A stretch of 64,000 bases of DNA from Trichomonas gallinae (taxonomy: Eukaryota), in NCBI GenBank assembly GCA_008369845.1, contig MRSU01000808.1:1-64000 (forward strand). Direction: 5' to 3'. The position numbers were made by a program, and so were the translations under genes. Below are positions 9,530 to 20,562 of the stretch, piece after piece. Positions within the stretch are counted from its first letter, which is position 1, and every line of letters begins with the position of its first letter. A model generated the notes under the pieces. That model searched no databases. It had not been told where the DNA came from and worked only from the letters and a program-made list of their open reading frames with translations.

Positions 9530-12500
9530 ATGTTTTCTCTTTTAAGCTACTTATCATATAGTGCCTCGATTCAATTCTACAAATATCAAGAAGATCCAAA
9601 TGCCCTATTCGACTTATATTATAAAGATGGCTCGTTAAAACAAATGACTAAGAAAGGATATTTTGTGGCGATCCAGCTCTATAAGGATGATGGTACACTA
9701 GACGAAACAATATACCCGATCCCTAAATCGAAAATTACTTCATTTTCCATTCCAGAAAAACTCAGTCTCGTAACTTATTCTTATTCACAAACGGAATATT
9801 TAAATATCTGGTTTCAAATAGAAAACAAACAGATGAAACCACTTAAATATAGACTCGGTGTTTATTGTGATCTTGGACAGGCATCATTATCAGATGCTTT
9901 GAAGGGAAGTGCTGTCTATGCCAAAGGAGATGGTGTCGAGCACATGGTTGTTGTAAAAGGTACAGAATACCCTGATGCCAATTCCTTTTACTACGGAACA
10001 CATAATTCTGACGGTCTTGGAAATGACAAATATCCATATTTCAGCACTGAGGCATCGAAGGCAACAAGCTCACAAAACTCAGCATATGCATTCTCATGGG
10101 ACAGGCAGCTCCCAGCTTATGATGTAGATAAAATTGGTTTTTATGTTGCACCAACTAAAACAATTAATAAAAGACCAGTTTGCAAAGATGCTGAACCAGA
10201 CAAAACGTATTACTCAGACAAAAGACCTGTCATTAAATTTGAAGTCTCAGACTCAGATGAAGATGATCAAGTTACTTTATTTGTAAAAATTGATGAGATT
10301 GATACAAAACCGAAACGGGTTGATATCTTGCATACAGTAGATGGCTCTAGTAAAGTGTGTGCGCGGAATTTCAATTTCCCAGAAGGTGTAAATGTATTGC
10401 ATGTTCAAGCATATGCACAGGATCAAGGTGGTCTCACATCAGAACCTGTTTATAAAACAATATATAGAGAAGGCGCAAATCCACCGTCCATTAATTTTGT
10501 TGAGTACCCTGGAAGTGTTTATACGATTGGAGACCAAATTGGATTCGTAGTTGATGTGGACGACGAAAAACAAGTATCCATCTGGTTCCAATACGATCAA
10601 GGTCCAGAGGAAAAAATCGAATCGACCTACGATACAACAGCACCTGGAGCGCAAAGGTACAGTTTTACGATTCCAATTCCAAATTTTGAGGTAGGTAATC
10701 ACATACTTTACATTTGGGTCAAAGATAATCTTGGAATTTCGACCAAAAAACATGATTTCAGCTTCACACTTAAGGCACCACCTAATCCACAAATCAACAA
10801 TGCTTATACATCCGATGAAAGAGTTCTCCCAGGAAACAGAATTGTTCTCTACGGTGAAGTTTCAGATCCAGACGATGGCCAACTTATCAACATCACAGCA
10901 AGATGGGCAAGCAGTAATGCTCAAGCAGTCACAATTGGCAGTGTCAGAGTTAAGAACAATTTTGCCACATTTTCAAAGTTCTTCGATATTCCGAAAGATG
11001 CCAAGCCAGGTCGCTACACCATTTATGTTGGCGCAATAGATGATGATAACAAAGTGTCTATTCAATTATTCCAAATCGGAATCACAATTTACGACCCAAT
11101 TCCACCGCCACCAGAAAAGCTCAGTAAGATTTTCGAGGCGAGCAGACAAACCAACCCAGATGCATGCTTCTCACTGCATTTCCAAAAGTATGGCGAACAA
11201 ACTCCGAGATCCTTGACATATAATGATGAAGGTTTCTACGTCGCTTACAGATTCCGCGAATCATTTCTCTCTTTCTTGAGTCCTAAAGTCGGAGAGACCC
11301 ACTATATTGACCAGACACATGAGTCAACAACTGATGATGTAACTATTCGTTATTATAACGACATAGACTCGCTCTCTGGCTTCTTCCAAGTTAAGTTTGA
11401 GATAAGCAATAAAGGACACTGGAGTAAGACCTTGGATCTTGGCATCTTTGCTGATTCTAATTTCGGATATCAGAATCAGCGTATTGAAATGAGACCAGAT
11501 GGCTTAGGTTTCATTGTCAGTGACCCAAATCTTGATATCCAATACTCAGTTTTCACAACATATGGCCAGGAAGACCCATCTATTTCCTCTCCACGTGTTA
11601 ACTTATCTCCGAATATCACAAGACCTTCATCAGGCAGAATTCCAAAGGAAAATATGTCATTCTTCACATCCTCAAGGATCCCATTCAGTGTTGACGCTGA
11701 TCCAATGTATTCATTATATTGGGATGGTGTCACTGTTCCTGCTAAAGAAAAGAAGACAATCATTCTAACATTTGCAGGCCATGATAACCTTAGAGTTCCT
11801 TCAAGAATCAGTAAATCCGTCAACCCATATGGAACTTACAAACAAGCAAATACAATTGTCAATATCACATTCAATGTTCGCGATGAAAATATTGGAGAAG
11901 TTCTTAATTGGACTTTCTTGATGGATGGCCAAGAACCTCAGAAAGGAAGCTTCACAATTGGAGATAAACCACAGACTCTAACTTTCACCAACCTCGATAT
12001 AGGAACAGGTCCATACTGCAGATACAATCTCACAGTTGTTGATCAGTCAGTTTTCTACCCAGCAATTCTTAAAGATGAAATCAGAATCGGCGAGCAGCCG
12101 CATCTTGATTTCTCAAAGAAGAATATAGTGGGTGATTACATTCAAGGTGAAAGGCTTGTCCTTGCTGGCTATGTCAAAGGTGCCGGAGCAGTTAAATTAT
12201 ATGCCACATTTTACGATGGAAAACAAACGAGTGAACAATTTTTACTTGGAGAAGTTTATTCTGGGGGGTATGAAAATAAGATTCAAGATGGCTATGCCGT
12301 TAAATTACCAGATTGGTTACCTCCACGCGAAGAACCATATAGCTGCTTGATTAATATTGTAGATGGAAATGGATTCCCTGGCGATTTCTCAAGTTTTGCC
12401 GAATTCAGTTTCAAATTAGTTCCAAATGATCCTCCTGTAATCAAGAAAGCAGGTCTTAACAAGAAATTTGCCCACAAAGGAGAGAAACTCCTCGCCTACG

Positions 12501-12751
12501 CAGTTATCAACGATACTCAGATTCAGAGAAACGTTTACGTCTATATGCAGATTGGAAACATTCCAGAAAAAAGGGTACATACAGCATTTAATGAACTCGG
12601 AAGATTTGACAAGCCAATTGCCTTCTACTGGAGCGTCCCAGATGATAAGTCCCTAACTCCAGGCGTTCACCAAGTTACGTTCCGTGTTAAGGACTTCAAG
12701 CTTTTCTCTGAAACAAATATCACAAAAACTTTGATGATAACTGACAATTAA
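9530..12751 (+). CDS. Bap-like / Ig-like repeat protein (tandem paralog, copy 2)
   Basis: Colinear with 4428-7631 (SQNSAYAFSW, SDERVLP, VSDPDDGQL, LTFAGHDNLR, YAVINDTQI, NITKT). ATG at 9530 (MFSLLSYLSYSA). Confidence 0.8.
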   Translation: MFSLLSYLSYSASIQFYKYQEDPNALFDLYYKDGSLKQMTKKGYFVAIQLYKDDGTLDETIYPIPKSKITSFSIPEKLSLVTYSYSQTEYLNIWFQIENKQMKPLKYRLGVYCDLGQASLSDALKGSAVYAKGDGVEHMVVVKGTEYPDANSFYYGTHNSDGLGNDKYPYFSTEASKATSSQNSAYAFSWDRQLPAYDVDKIGFYVAPTKTINKRPVCKDAEPDKTYYSDKRPVIKFEVSDSDEDDQVTLFVKIDEIDTKPKRVDILHTVDGSSKVCARNFNFPEGVNVLHVQAYAQDQGGLTSEPVYKTIYREGANPPSINFVEYPGSVYTIGDQIGFVVDVDDEKQVSIWFQYDQGPEEKIESTYDTTAPGAQRYSFTIPIPNFEVGNHILYIWVKDNLGISTKKHDFSFTLKAPPNPQINNAYTSDERVLPGNRIVLYGEVSDPDDGQLINITARWASSNAQAVTIGSVRVKNNFATFSKFFDIPKDAKPGRYTIYVGAIDDDNKVSIQLFQIGITIYDPIPPPPEKLSKIFEASRQTNPDACFSLHFQKYGEQTPRSLTYNDEGFYVAYRFRESFLSFLSPKVGETHYIDQTHESTTDDVTIRYYNDIDSLSGFFQVKFEISNKGHWSKTLDLGIFADSNFGYQNQRIEMRPDGLGFIVSDPNLDIQYSVFTTYGQEDPSISSPRVNLSPNITRPSSGRIPKENMSFFTSSRIPFSVDADPMYSLYWDGVTVPAKEKKTIILTFAGHDNLRVPSRISKSVNPYGTYKQANTIVNITFNVRDENIGEVLNWTFLMDGQEPQKGSFTIGDKPQTLTFTNLDIGTGPYCRYNLTVVDQSVFYPAILKDEIRIGEQPHLDFSKKNIVGDYIQGERLVLAGYVKGAGAVKLYATFYDGKQTSEQFLLGEVYSGGYENKIQDGYAVKLPDWLPPREEPYSCLINIVDGNGFPGDFSSFAEFSFKLVPNDPPVIKKAGLNKKFAHKGEKLLAYAVINDTQIQRNVYVYMQIGNIPEKRVHTAFNELGRFDKPIAFYWSVPDDKSLTPGVHQVTFRVKDFKLFSETNITKTLMITDN

Positions 12752-12891
12752 TTTCGTTTAATTTAAACGAAGATTTCCACTAAACTTTAATTTAATTCCC
12801 ATTTTTCATTTTTATAAATAAGTTATTGTTTTTCAACAGCAAAATACAGGTATAAAATGAATTAAAATTGGAATAATAATAAAAAAAAACA

Positions 12892-13116
12892 TGAGTAATT
12901 TCTGAATGAAAAAGGGTCATATCAGCAACAATTGGACAATTTTTAAAATTTTTAAAATTATGTTGATTTAGATCAATTTAATTTAGATTCAAATGGAAAA
13001 TTGTCGTGATAGTTATTATATAAACAAAATGATAAAATAATAAAAAATCGAAAAATCACAAAAATGTTGAGTAATTTTTGACTGAAATCGGGTCATATCA
13101 GCGATATTTGGACAAT
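12892..13116 (+). repeat. Imperfect 49-bp direct repeat pair (176-bp period) upstream of the LisH gene
   Basis: TGAGTAATTTCTGAATGAAAAAGGGTCATATCAGCAACAATTGGACAAT (12892-12940) versus TGAGTAATTTTTGACTGAAATCGGGTCATATCAGCGATATTTGGACAAT (13068-13116). Confidence 0.8.
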
Positions 13117-13192
13117 ATAGGCATTGCGCATTTAATTACTATCCCTGTGTAAAGTAACGCTTGTCAAACGTTAAAAAAAAAATAATTTTCAA

Positions 13193-13618
13193 ATGTCTTT
13201 CGAAAAGGTAAAGAGCATTATCAACGAATCAGAGAAAGAGCTTCGCGCCAACATTGCTAACATTATCGATGAAAAGAGTGTCCAGAACAAAGTCCTCCAA
13301 GAGGCTAAGGCAACAGCTGAAGCGCAGGCCAGACATTACTTAGATGAAGACGTTCCACCGCCACCAGAGATCCCAGGTATATTAGCAGATTCAGATGAAA
13401 GAGATGAGTATCTTTTTGTTCTCGAATACCTCGAAGCTCTTGGACTTAAAATTACACCAGCTGTTCTTAGATATGAATCACAACATCCAGAAGTACAGTG
13501 TGAGCGTAAGAAACTCGCCCGTAATTATAATCTTAAAAACTATGATAGATCTCCACTTCTTGTTCAATTAATCGAAGAGCGCCTACGCACGATGGAAGCC
13601 ACTACAACAAATGTCTAA
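13193..13618 (+). CDS. LisH-motif protein, FOP/FOR20-like (basal body/centrosome)
   Basis: LFVLEYLEALGLKITPAVLRYES is LisH-like and is followed by PLLVQLI, as in FOP/FOR20 dimerisation regions. Confidence 0.6.
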   Translation: MSFEKVKSIINESEKELRANIANIIDEKSVQNKVLQEAKATAEAQARHYLDEDVPPPPEIPGILADSDERDEYLFVLEYLEALGLKITPAVLRYESQHPEVQCERKKLARNYNLKNYDRSPLLVQLIEERLRTMEATTTNV

Positions 13619-13861
13619 ATAATTATTAAAGCTTATTGTATACGTCCGAAAACCAAGTGTTTGCTCACTTTACAAAAAATATTATATTTATTAAAAATTA
13701 ACTGAAAATTTCCGAAATTTTACAAACAAAAACATAATATGTGTTAATTTCTCTATTGAACAACATAGAACAACAGAGAATATAATTCATGTTAAAAAAT
13801 ATTAATAAACAACAAGAACTAAAAGAATGAAATTGCAAGCAAGTGAATATGTTGAGGCCAA

Positions 13862-14962
13862 TTATTTGTTTCCTTTCTTCTTTTTCGTTGGCGGCCTTGG
13901 AGCTTTTTTAAGAAAGACTCTTATGCTATTTTGAAGGATTTTTACGGACTCTAGCATGTCATACATCTGCTTGGATTGTCTAATATGCTGCTGCGAGAAA
14001 AATCTTTCATCGGCAATTGCAGGGGCTCGTTTTTCATTCAATGCAGCAAGATCTCTTCTAATAACTGCGACTTCTGATTCCAATTTCAGCACTTTTTGGT
14101 AAGCAAGATTTGATTCTTTTTGTAATGCTGACATTTCAGTATCATACTTAGTAATTAGATTCTGCAACTGTTCTTCATCTTTTCTAAGTAGTCTTCTGTT
14201 GACTCCTTCATCGTCTAAATGTCTTTTTTGTGAATTTCCAATCTGAACTTTCGCTTCTCCTAGTTCTGTCTTCAAATTCTCTTCATGAGATACAAGTTCA
14301 TCTTCCTGCTTTTCATCTGTTGTAATTGGGACTTCCATTGACCTTGCTTGAACTAATTGTTTTTTAATTGCGTCTAATTCTTCTTCTTTTGCACGAATTT
14401 TCAGTTCTTTTTCTCTATTCAGTTGCAAATCTTTCTGTTTAAGAAGGTCTATGTGTTCTTTGTTGATTTTCTCCATTTGTTGTATCTCAGAAACGATTCT
14501 ATTTCTTTTTTTGTCGTCTTTCACGTGTTTTGAGAAATATTCAGATTCTATGTTATGCATTTCTTCAAGGTATTGAACAATTTTGGGTTTTGAGCCAACA
14601 GCTTCGTTTCTTTGCTGTACAATTGGTTGGAAAATAATTCCGTAGTTATCCATTTCCCTCACCATCTCTCTGGAAAGCTCCTGGCATATCATTACTTCGT
14701 CCTCGAAGTCTGATTCGAAGCCTGGCTTTGGAAATCCGTCAGTTGTCATTATGCTCGTTAATATCTGCTGATGGTTATGGAATTCTACATTGTATTCTTT
14801 GATTATCACTGGTATTTCGTCATTCGAATCGATGAAATCTGCGATTGTTGGAAGTAATAACGAGAATTCAACTCTTTTTCGGCATTCGTCGAGAATACAA
14901 AGGATTCTTCTTGCACCAACTGAAGATATTTGCAATGCTTCGCCCGTTGGCATAGAATTCAT
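13862..14962 (-). CDS. Coiled-coil IQ protein resembling dynein regulatory complex subunit DRC10/IQCD
   Basis: N-terminal ARRILCILDECRKRVEFSLLL, long coiled coil, C-terminal IQ-like ILQNSIRVFL and a KKKKGNK tail. The start could be 15004, 14962 or 14953. Confidence 0.6.
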   Translation of the reverse strand: MNSMPTGEALQISSVGARRILCILDECRKRVEFSLLLPTIADFIDSNDEIPVIIKEYNVEFHNHQQILTSIMTTDGFPKPGFESDFEDEVMICQELSREMVREMDNYGIIFQPIVQQRNEAVGSKPKIVQYLEEMHNIESEYFSKHVKDDKKRNRIVSEIQQMEKINKEHIDLLKQKDLQLNREKELKIRAKEEELDAIKKQLVQARSMEVPITTDEKQEDELVSHEENLKTELGEAKVQIGNSQKRHLDDEGVNRRLLRKDEEQLQNLITKYDTEMSALQKESNLAYQKVLKLESEVAVIRRDLAALNEKRAPAIADERFFSQQHIRQSKQMYDMLESVKILQNSIRVFLKKAPRPPTKKKKGNK

Positions 14963-15612
14963 CTTTTCTTTGAACTCTTTGTTATTAAAAAGAAAACGAA
15001 ACATTTTATTTGTCACTTTTATTAAATTAAATTTTTACAATTATTTGATTTTATTGAATATTTCGGTATAATGCACAGTACTTAATGTAGAAAACTAATT
15101 AAAACTCTAAAATTTTGAGTTTTGTTTATTATTTGTTCTCAAATTTGATCCAAAATTAATTATTGCCGCATATTTATGCTCTCCATAAAATATATTAATT
15201 AGCCCCTGATTTGAATTTTTAAAAATCATGATTTTTATAGTAAAATCAAGAAAATAACATAAAATTTGTTAATAATATTTTAAAATTTATGAGAAAAAAG
15301 TATATTGAGATTTGAGCCTTATTATTAATTATTTAAAACATATAGCTGCTTGGAATAATCTTAATGAGCTTTAAAATACGATTTCCTATATCTTATTCAA
15401 AAAATATTTCTATTAAATTATTATAGAATTAGGAAACTTAGAATATGTAGTGATCCTGAAGTATATCTTATTTTTATATATTATGGCACTTGATTTCATA
15501 AAATATCATTTTTCACTAAATTGAATAATGATTTGATTTAAAAAGATATTCATATTCAATAAACATGGTTTTCTCTATATATTTTTATTCCTTCATTTGC
15601 AAAAGAATTAAT

Positions 15613-16479
15613 TTAACAAACAACATAAAGTGGTGAGCTTGGCTCTGATACTCTAATAACTTTTGGCTTCAATGGTGGTATTGTATCCGTCAATGGGCAG
15701 TCAAATAAGAATTGTCCACATAATGGATTTCTAATAAATGGAGGCATTGGGATTAAGTTAAGTTCTTTGACCTTAACAACATCACTAATTGGGTTAATGA
15801 TGGCTGAGCATACTTGTGGTGGTGATTGTGGAGGAGGAGATTCAATTGCAGGTTTAGCTTGTGAAACTTTCTTCTTTTCGATCTGGTAGAACCTATATCT
15901 GCATTGTACATCGGAGCGTGTTCCTAAGCGCTTTGCAACTTGAGCCCAGGAATGTTCTCCAAGCTCATCTACCAAATTGCATAATTTTTCTTCTTCTTCA
16001 CTGGACCAAGGCATCTTAGTGATGCGGGGATCAAGTGCTCTACCCCAGCGTTGTGAGCACTGAGAGCGAGAACGATCACCACCAACAAACTTGGAAATTG
16101 ATTTCCAATCACCAAGTCCATACTTGTGGATTGCTGCGAGCAGCAAAATGTCTTCATTCGGGGTCCACATCCTGCACTTGCGATGTTCTGTATCAATGCT
16201 CTTTGGAGAAAGCTCTAAATCATCACATTCATGATGATCAACAGCATATAATACTTTTGACACCAAAGACGCAGGCGAGATTGTGTGTGCATTGGCTGAA
16301 AGTATAGAACAGCACTCATCATATGATATTCTTCTACTTATTTGGTCACACAATGCTTTTTCGCAAATTGAAATTGAATTCGGGTTAGTGTAGAATGCCT
16401 CATTTTCAAGATTTGCACATGCGACACTAGCAAGTGGGCATGAATCCTTTGATGTGTAGGAGGTCCTGTTCTTGCGCAT
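15613..16479 (-). CDS. R2R3 Myb-like DNA-binding protein
   Basis: Two Myb repeats: WTPNEDILLLAAIHKYGLGDW...RSRSQCSQRW and WSSEEEEKLCNLVDELGEHSW...RSDVQCRYRF. Confidence 0.92.
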   Translation of the reverse strand: MRKNRTSYTSKDSCPLASVACANLENEAFYTNPNSISICEKALCDQISRRISYDECCSILSANAHTISPASLVSKVLYAVDHHECDDLELSPKSIDTEHRKCRMWTPNEDILLLAAIHKYGLGDWKSISKFVGGDRSRSQCSQRWGRALDPRITKMPWSSEEEEKLCNLVDELGEHSWAQVAKRLGTRSDVQCRYRFYQIEKKKVSQAKPAIESPPPQSPPQVCSAIINPISDVVKVKELNLIPMPPFIRNPLCGQFLFDCPLTDTIPPLKPKVIRVSEPSSPLYVVC

Positions 16480-16532
16480 TTTTGTGAAATAAATAATTCT
16501 TATGTATTTGACAACCTCTTAATTTTTATGAT

Positions 16533-16550
16533 ATGGTCAAAATTGACCAT
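16533..16550. promoter_or_regulatory. Palindrome upstream of the Myb gene
   Basis: ATGGTCAA-AA-TTGACCAT about 55 bp upstream of the ATG, a partial second copy at 16558-16571, and GTCACTTT at 16582. Confidence 0.4.
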
Positions 16551-18052
16551 TTCTATCGTCCAAAATTGACCTTTGTCAGAAGTCACTTTCACCATGTCAA
16601 AAAGTTTTCTAAGAGTGTCAATACGTCGTGATCTCTCTCATTATTTTTTCTGTAGAGAAATGGTTATGTAAAAGATTTTTCAGGTTTTTTCAATGTTTTC
16701 CATTGTCTTTCTTTTTTTTTAATTCGATAGATATATTTTTGGATTTGTAGTAGTCCAAAGCTACTAAAAACCAATCAATCATAACTGTCTTCTGAAAATG
16801 TAGCTTGAATTTTTGTTAACCGCGATTAATTTACCTTACATATTATAATAGTCAATAAGATAGAGCGAACAATCGATTTTTCGCTCATCAACTTTTTTTT
16901 TTCGTAATTTTGTTTCGAAATATCAATGATCATAACACATGACTTACAAAATTCTATTTTCATCTTTAAAGTTGGTCAAGATTAATTACCAATTTTTCAT
17001 AAAAATTATAATTAAGTATTTTAACGCAGTTATTCATTAAATTAATTCTATTACAAGTGGGTATTATAAGGTCAATATTCGCTTAAATTGAATAGCAATA
17101 TTGATTCAAAATAAATTTGAATCTGACTTTTCTGATAGTTAAATTACAATTTTGGATAAAGATATGATTAATTAACAGTAAAAGATATCGTTTGAAAAGA
17201 GTTATGGATGCGTAGAATCATATTTCAATTCTGAGAAGATACAATAAAAGTGACACATTTTCTGATCTTTACACTTTTCCTTTGTTGATTGGTTTCGTCT
17301 GTTCGAATAATTATATTTGCGTATATGTGTTGATAAATGACTTCTAGACTTGTGAATTGAGTAAAGCGAGAATAAAAAACAGTTTTCAATGGGTAATTTG
17401 GAAAAAAAGAGAATATGTGTCATCATGTTTGGACAAGAATACTCTCGTGAAGAACTAAAACAGAAAAATAGATTAGTTTAAGACAACAATTTCGCAGTTT
17501 ATTCGTAATGTTGTGTGTCATAATAATAATACATCATGGCAAAGTGTTGTGGTTCATTCGACAGTTTCTCGTTTTAAATCATTCATTAATGAAGAAGGCC
17601 AACATTTTCGGAAAATTGATTTTTTTTTTGTTGAAAAAACTTCGAATTTTGGCTTAATTCATTTTGAAAAGTAAAATTATGGTGTATTGCGACCAGAATT
17701 GTTCATATGCTCAGTGAAAACAAAGAGAATCGAATTAAAATCAAAATATCTAATTGCACAATGAATTGTGCGCATTGATCGATATTAAATAGATGCATGT
17801 TTGGGTGATCTATACATTGGCCACACGATTGAAGCCTGAAAGGCTTCATTTGTTGTGTGCGAAAAAGAAGAACGAAAAGTGGCACAAAAGTGACAAATGT
17901 AAAGTGACCAGTGTCAAAAAAATAAATTGAATAAAAACATTTGTAGGACCCTTCTGATTTGCTGCAGAATTCCACGAAAACAAAAAAGGAAAAAAAAAAA
18001 AAAAATCAAATGAAAATTTTCCGATGAACGAAAAATCACGAGAAAGAAATGA

Positions 18053-19060
18053 AAAATCTCTTCACGACAAGATTCATCGACAGAACTCCCACATAACCGA
18101 TTCACATCCTCATCCTGGTCAGATTTTTATGAAACTCCGGCCCACAAATCTTATACTCATGAAAGAAGTCGATTAAATATATATGAATCTAGTTACTATG
18201 TCTCTTTTTGCCTCTTCATCAACCAAAATCCTAACGGAGCCATAAATTTAAATACCTATTCTGAAGCTACGAATTTTCTTGCCGAAGACAGCCTTTTTGC
18301 AAGTTGTCTCAACAATGCAGGTGGAGGGTCTCTTTGTTTCGGTTACAATGGCCAATGTGTTCAAAATCGAATCTGTAGTTTTAAATCAAAATTAAGCGAA
18401 AACAAAATTGGTGTTCACTGTTATGTTGATGTCTCAGAAAAATATCCATTTCAAAGCAAAGTTATTGACTCATCTATTTCTCATTCAGGAGATGGAAAAG
18501 GTGGTCAAACTATTTACTGCAATAATGGTGCCATCAACATCACATCAACGAATGTTTCTCATTCAAACCCATATGTGTATCAAATTTGCGATATGGACAA
18601 TATTAATTCAAATTCTTTTTTTCAATTTTCAACTTTTTCAAATAATACTCAAATCAGTCATTTCTTTTGTTCAAATTTTCAGAAAGCAGATGATTCAAAT
18701 CCAAATTTAAAAATTTCATCCTGCAGCTATTTGAATAATCAAAATGGAGGCTATTTAATTGGCTCTTCTTTGCCACTTTATGCAACTAATTGTAATTTTA
18801 AAAATAATGATATGAGATATGCAACATTTGTACAAGCTTCAGGAACAACAGCTACAATTGAAAAATGTTATTTCGACAAACCTCCAAGAACAGATGGAGA
18901 TGTTACAACTACAAACAATGTAAACAATAAAATTGATTTAGGTCGTCATTATTTCACCACATTCGGTTGTTTTCCAAAGTATCAACATTTCACATTTGAT
19001 ATCAAACGTAATATTATTGAAATTAGTCCACTTATTGCTATTTTTATCTTCCGGATGTGA
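18053..19060 (+). CDS. Cys/Ser/Asn-rich beta-helix-like (pectin-lyase/Pmp-like) family frame lacking an in-frame start ATG
   Basis: 335 open codons: ...SSSWSDFYETPAHK...FLAEDSLFASCLNNAGGGSLCF...GQCVQNRICSF...TFGC...PLIAIFIFRM. The first in-frame ATG is at 18593. Clear homology with the 22712-23405 copy. Confidence 0.7.
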   Translation, partial: KISSRQDSSTELPHNRFTSSSWSDFYETPAHKSYTHERSRLNIYESSYYVSFCLFINQNPNGAINLNTYSEATNFLAEDSLFASCLNNAGGGSLCFGYNGQCVQNRICSFKSKLSENKIGVHCYVDVSEKYPFQSKVIDSSISHSGDGKGGQTIYCNNGAINITSTNVSHSNPYVYQICDMDNINSNSFFQFSTFSNNTQISHFFCSNFQKADDSNPNLKISSCSYLNNQNGGYLIGSSLPLYATNCNFKNNDMRYATFVQASGTTATIEKCYFDKPPRTDGDVTTTNNVNNKIDLGRHYFTTFGCFPKYQHFTFDIKRNIIEISPLIAIFIFRM

Positions 19061-19507
19061 AGTGAATGAGAAGATTCTGTTAATGAAGTCAATAATGATG
19101 CTCAATCAGTTAGTAACAAACACTGCATTTCGTGTATAAACTGTGTTTTCTAGAAATGATGTCATCTGTGAAGATTCATTCTGTAAAAGAAATAACGTCT
19201 TTCTTGCTTTGTTGAAGAAAGATGACAGTAGTAAGAAAGATCAAACATCAGAAAGTTGGATGCACAGAGATTCATCCAGGACTGTGTGATACGTCTTCGA
19301 ATGACTAAGAATTGCAACAAATAAAGAACTGTTGAAAAAGATTTCGTCGATAGAGATTTTTAAAGCAAGGGGGGGGGGGGAAATAAAAAGCTGAGAATGA
19401 TATGGTAGAAGTATTAAGGTTTAAAATTCATTAGAAAATATATCAAATCTTTACTGACATTCTGAGGTTGTAAAGTGTCAGAAAAATTATTAAACGTACG
19501 CAAAATT

Positions 19508-20386
19508 ATGAGTACTGAGATTTCTACTACTGATTCTGTTGTTAAGATTGTAACATGGAATGTTGCGTCTCTCAGAGCCAGGTGGAAAGACAATTTCACT
19601 TTTTACATTAATGCATCGAAACCTGACGTTATTTGCGTCCAAGAAACAAAGTTTCACACAGATATGAAAGAATCACTCAAAGATTTCAAATTACCTGGAT
19701 ATAAAGGATACTTTTTCCATGCAAAAAAGGCAGGTTATGCAGGAACTTGTATCTATACAAAATATAAACCAGTTTCTGTTAAGAGAAGTTTCCCAGATCC
19801 AGATGGAAGATGTATTACGATGGAATTCAAGAACTTCTACTTAATCAATACTTATGTTGTCAATGCTGGTGAAGATTTAGGAAGATTAGATTACAAAATT
19901 AACGAATGGAATCCAAAGATCAAAAAGCATATATTAGATCTAGAGAAAAAGAAGCCTGTTATATGGACAGGCGATCTAAACGTTGCTCATGAGCCAATTG
20001 ATATTTGGCAAGCGGCAGGACACGAAAAAATAGCCGGATATACAAATGAAGAGAGGAAATGGTTCGATGAGTTCCTAAAAGAAGGTCATATTGACATATT
20101 TAGAGAATTGCATCCTGAATCACACGAATTTACATTCTTTAACTATAGAGGATCTGCTAAATCGAAGAACCAAGGCTGGAGAATCGATTATTTCATCACA
20201 GGAAAAGGAAATATTCAAAAATTAGGAATAATTGATTGCGCAATAGAAGGAAGTGTTGACGGCAGCGATCATCAACCTGTTATGCTTCTCGCCGACAAAA
20301 ATATCATCATGAAGGATGAAGTCGAGATTGATTCTGCAGATGTTGAGCTTTTGACCGCCAACAACATCAAAAACTTTTTCGGATGA
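19508..20386 (+). CDS. Exodeoxyribonuclease III / AP endonuclease (Xth/APE1 family)
   Basis: Motifs TWNVASLR, CVQETK, GYAGT, TGDLNVAH, GWRIDYF and GSDHQP. Confidence 0.95.
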   Translation: MSTEISTTDSVVKIVTWNVASLRARWKDNFTFYINASKPDVICVQETKFHTDMKESLKDFKLPGYKGYFFHAKKAGYAGTCIYTKYKPVSVKRSFPDPDGRCITMEFKNFYLINTYVVNAGEDLGRLDYKINEWNPKIKKHILDLEKKKPVIWTGDLNVAHEPIDIWQAAGHEKIAGYTNEERKWFDEFLKEGHIDIFRELHPESHEFTFFNYRGSAKSKNQGWRIDYFITGKGNIQKLGIIDCAIEGSVDGSDHQPVMLLADKNIIMKDEVEIDSADVELLTANNIKNFFG

Positions 20387-20562
20387 GTTTTTATATTAGT
20401 CTGTCTATAAAATTCTTGATTTTGTTATTTTATTAATTTTTTTTAAATTTTGCATTTTAATGCAAAATAAGTTGATATTTTTATTAATTATAACAAATAT
20501 ATCATATATTTCACATTTAAAATGTCATTTTAATATTAGTTTTCTAAATATTGTTGCAACAA

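Noticed and set aside
17103..17123. GATTCAAA...TTTGAATC inverted repeat
   Set aside because: 8-bp AT-rich arms are expected by chance.
17202..17570. Possible decayed beta-helix family remnant on the minus strand (IENCFL, SHLSTH)
   Set aside because: Only a few residues match and a frame cannot be reconstructed.
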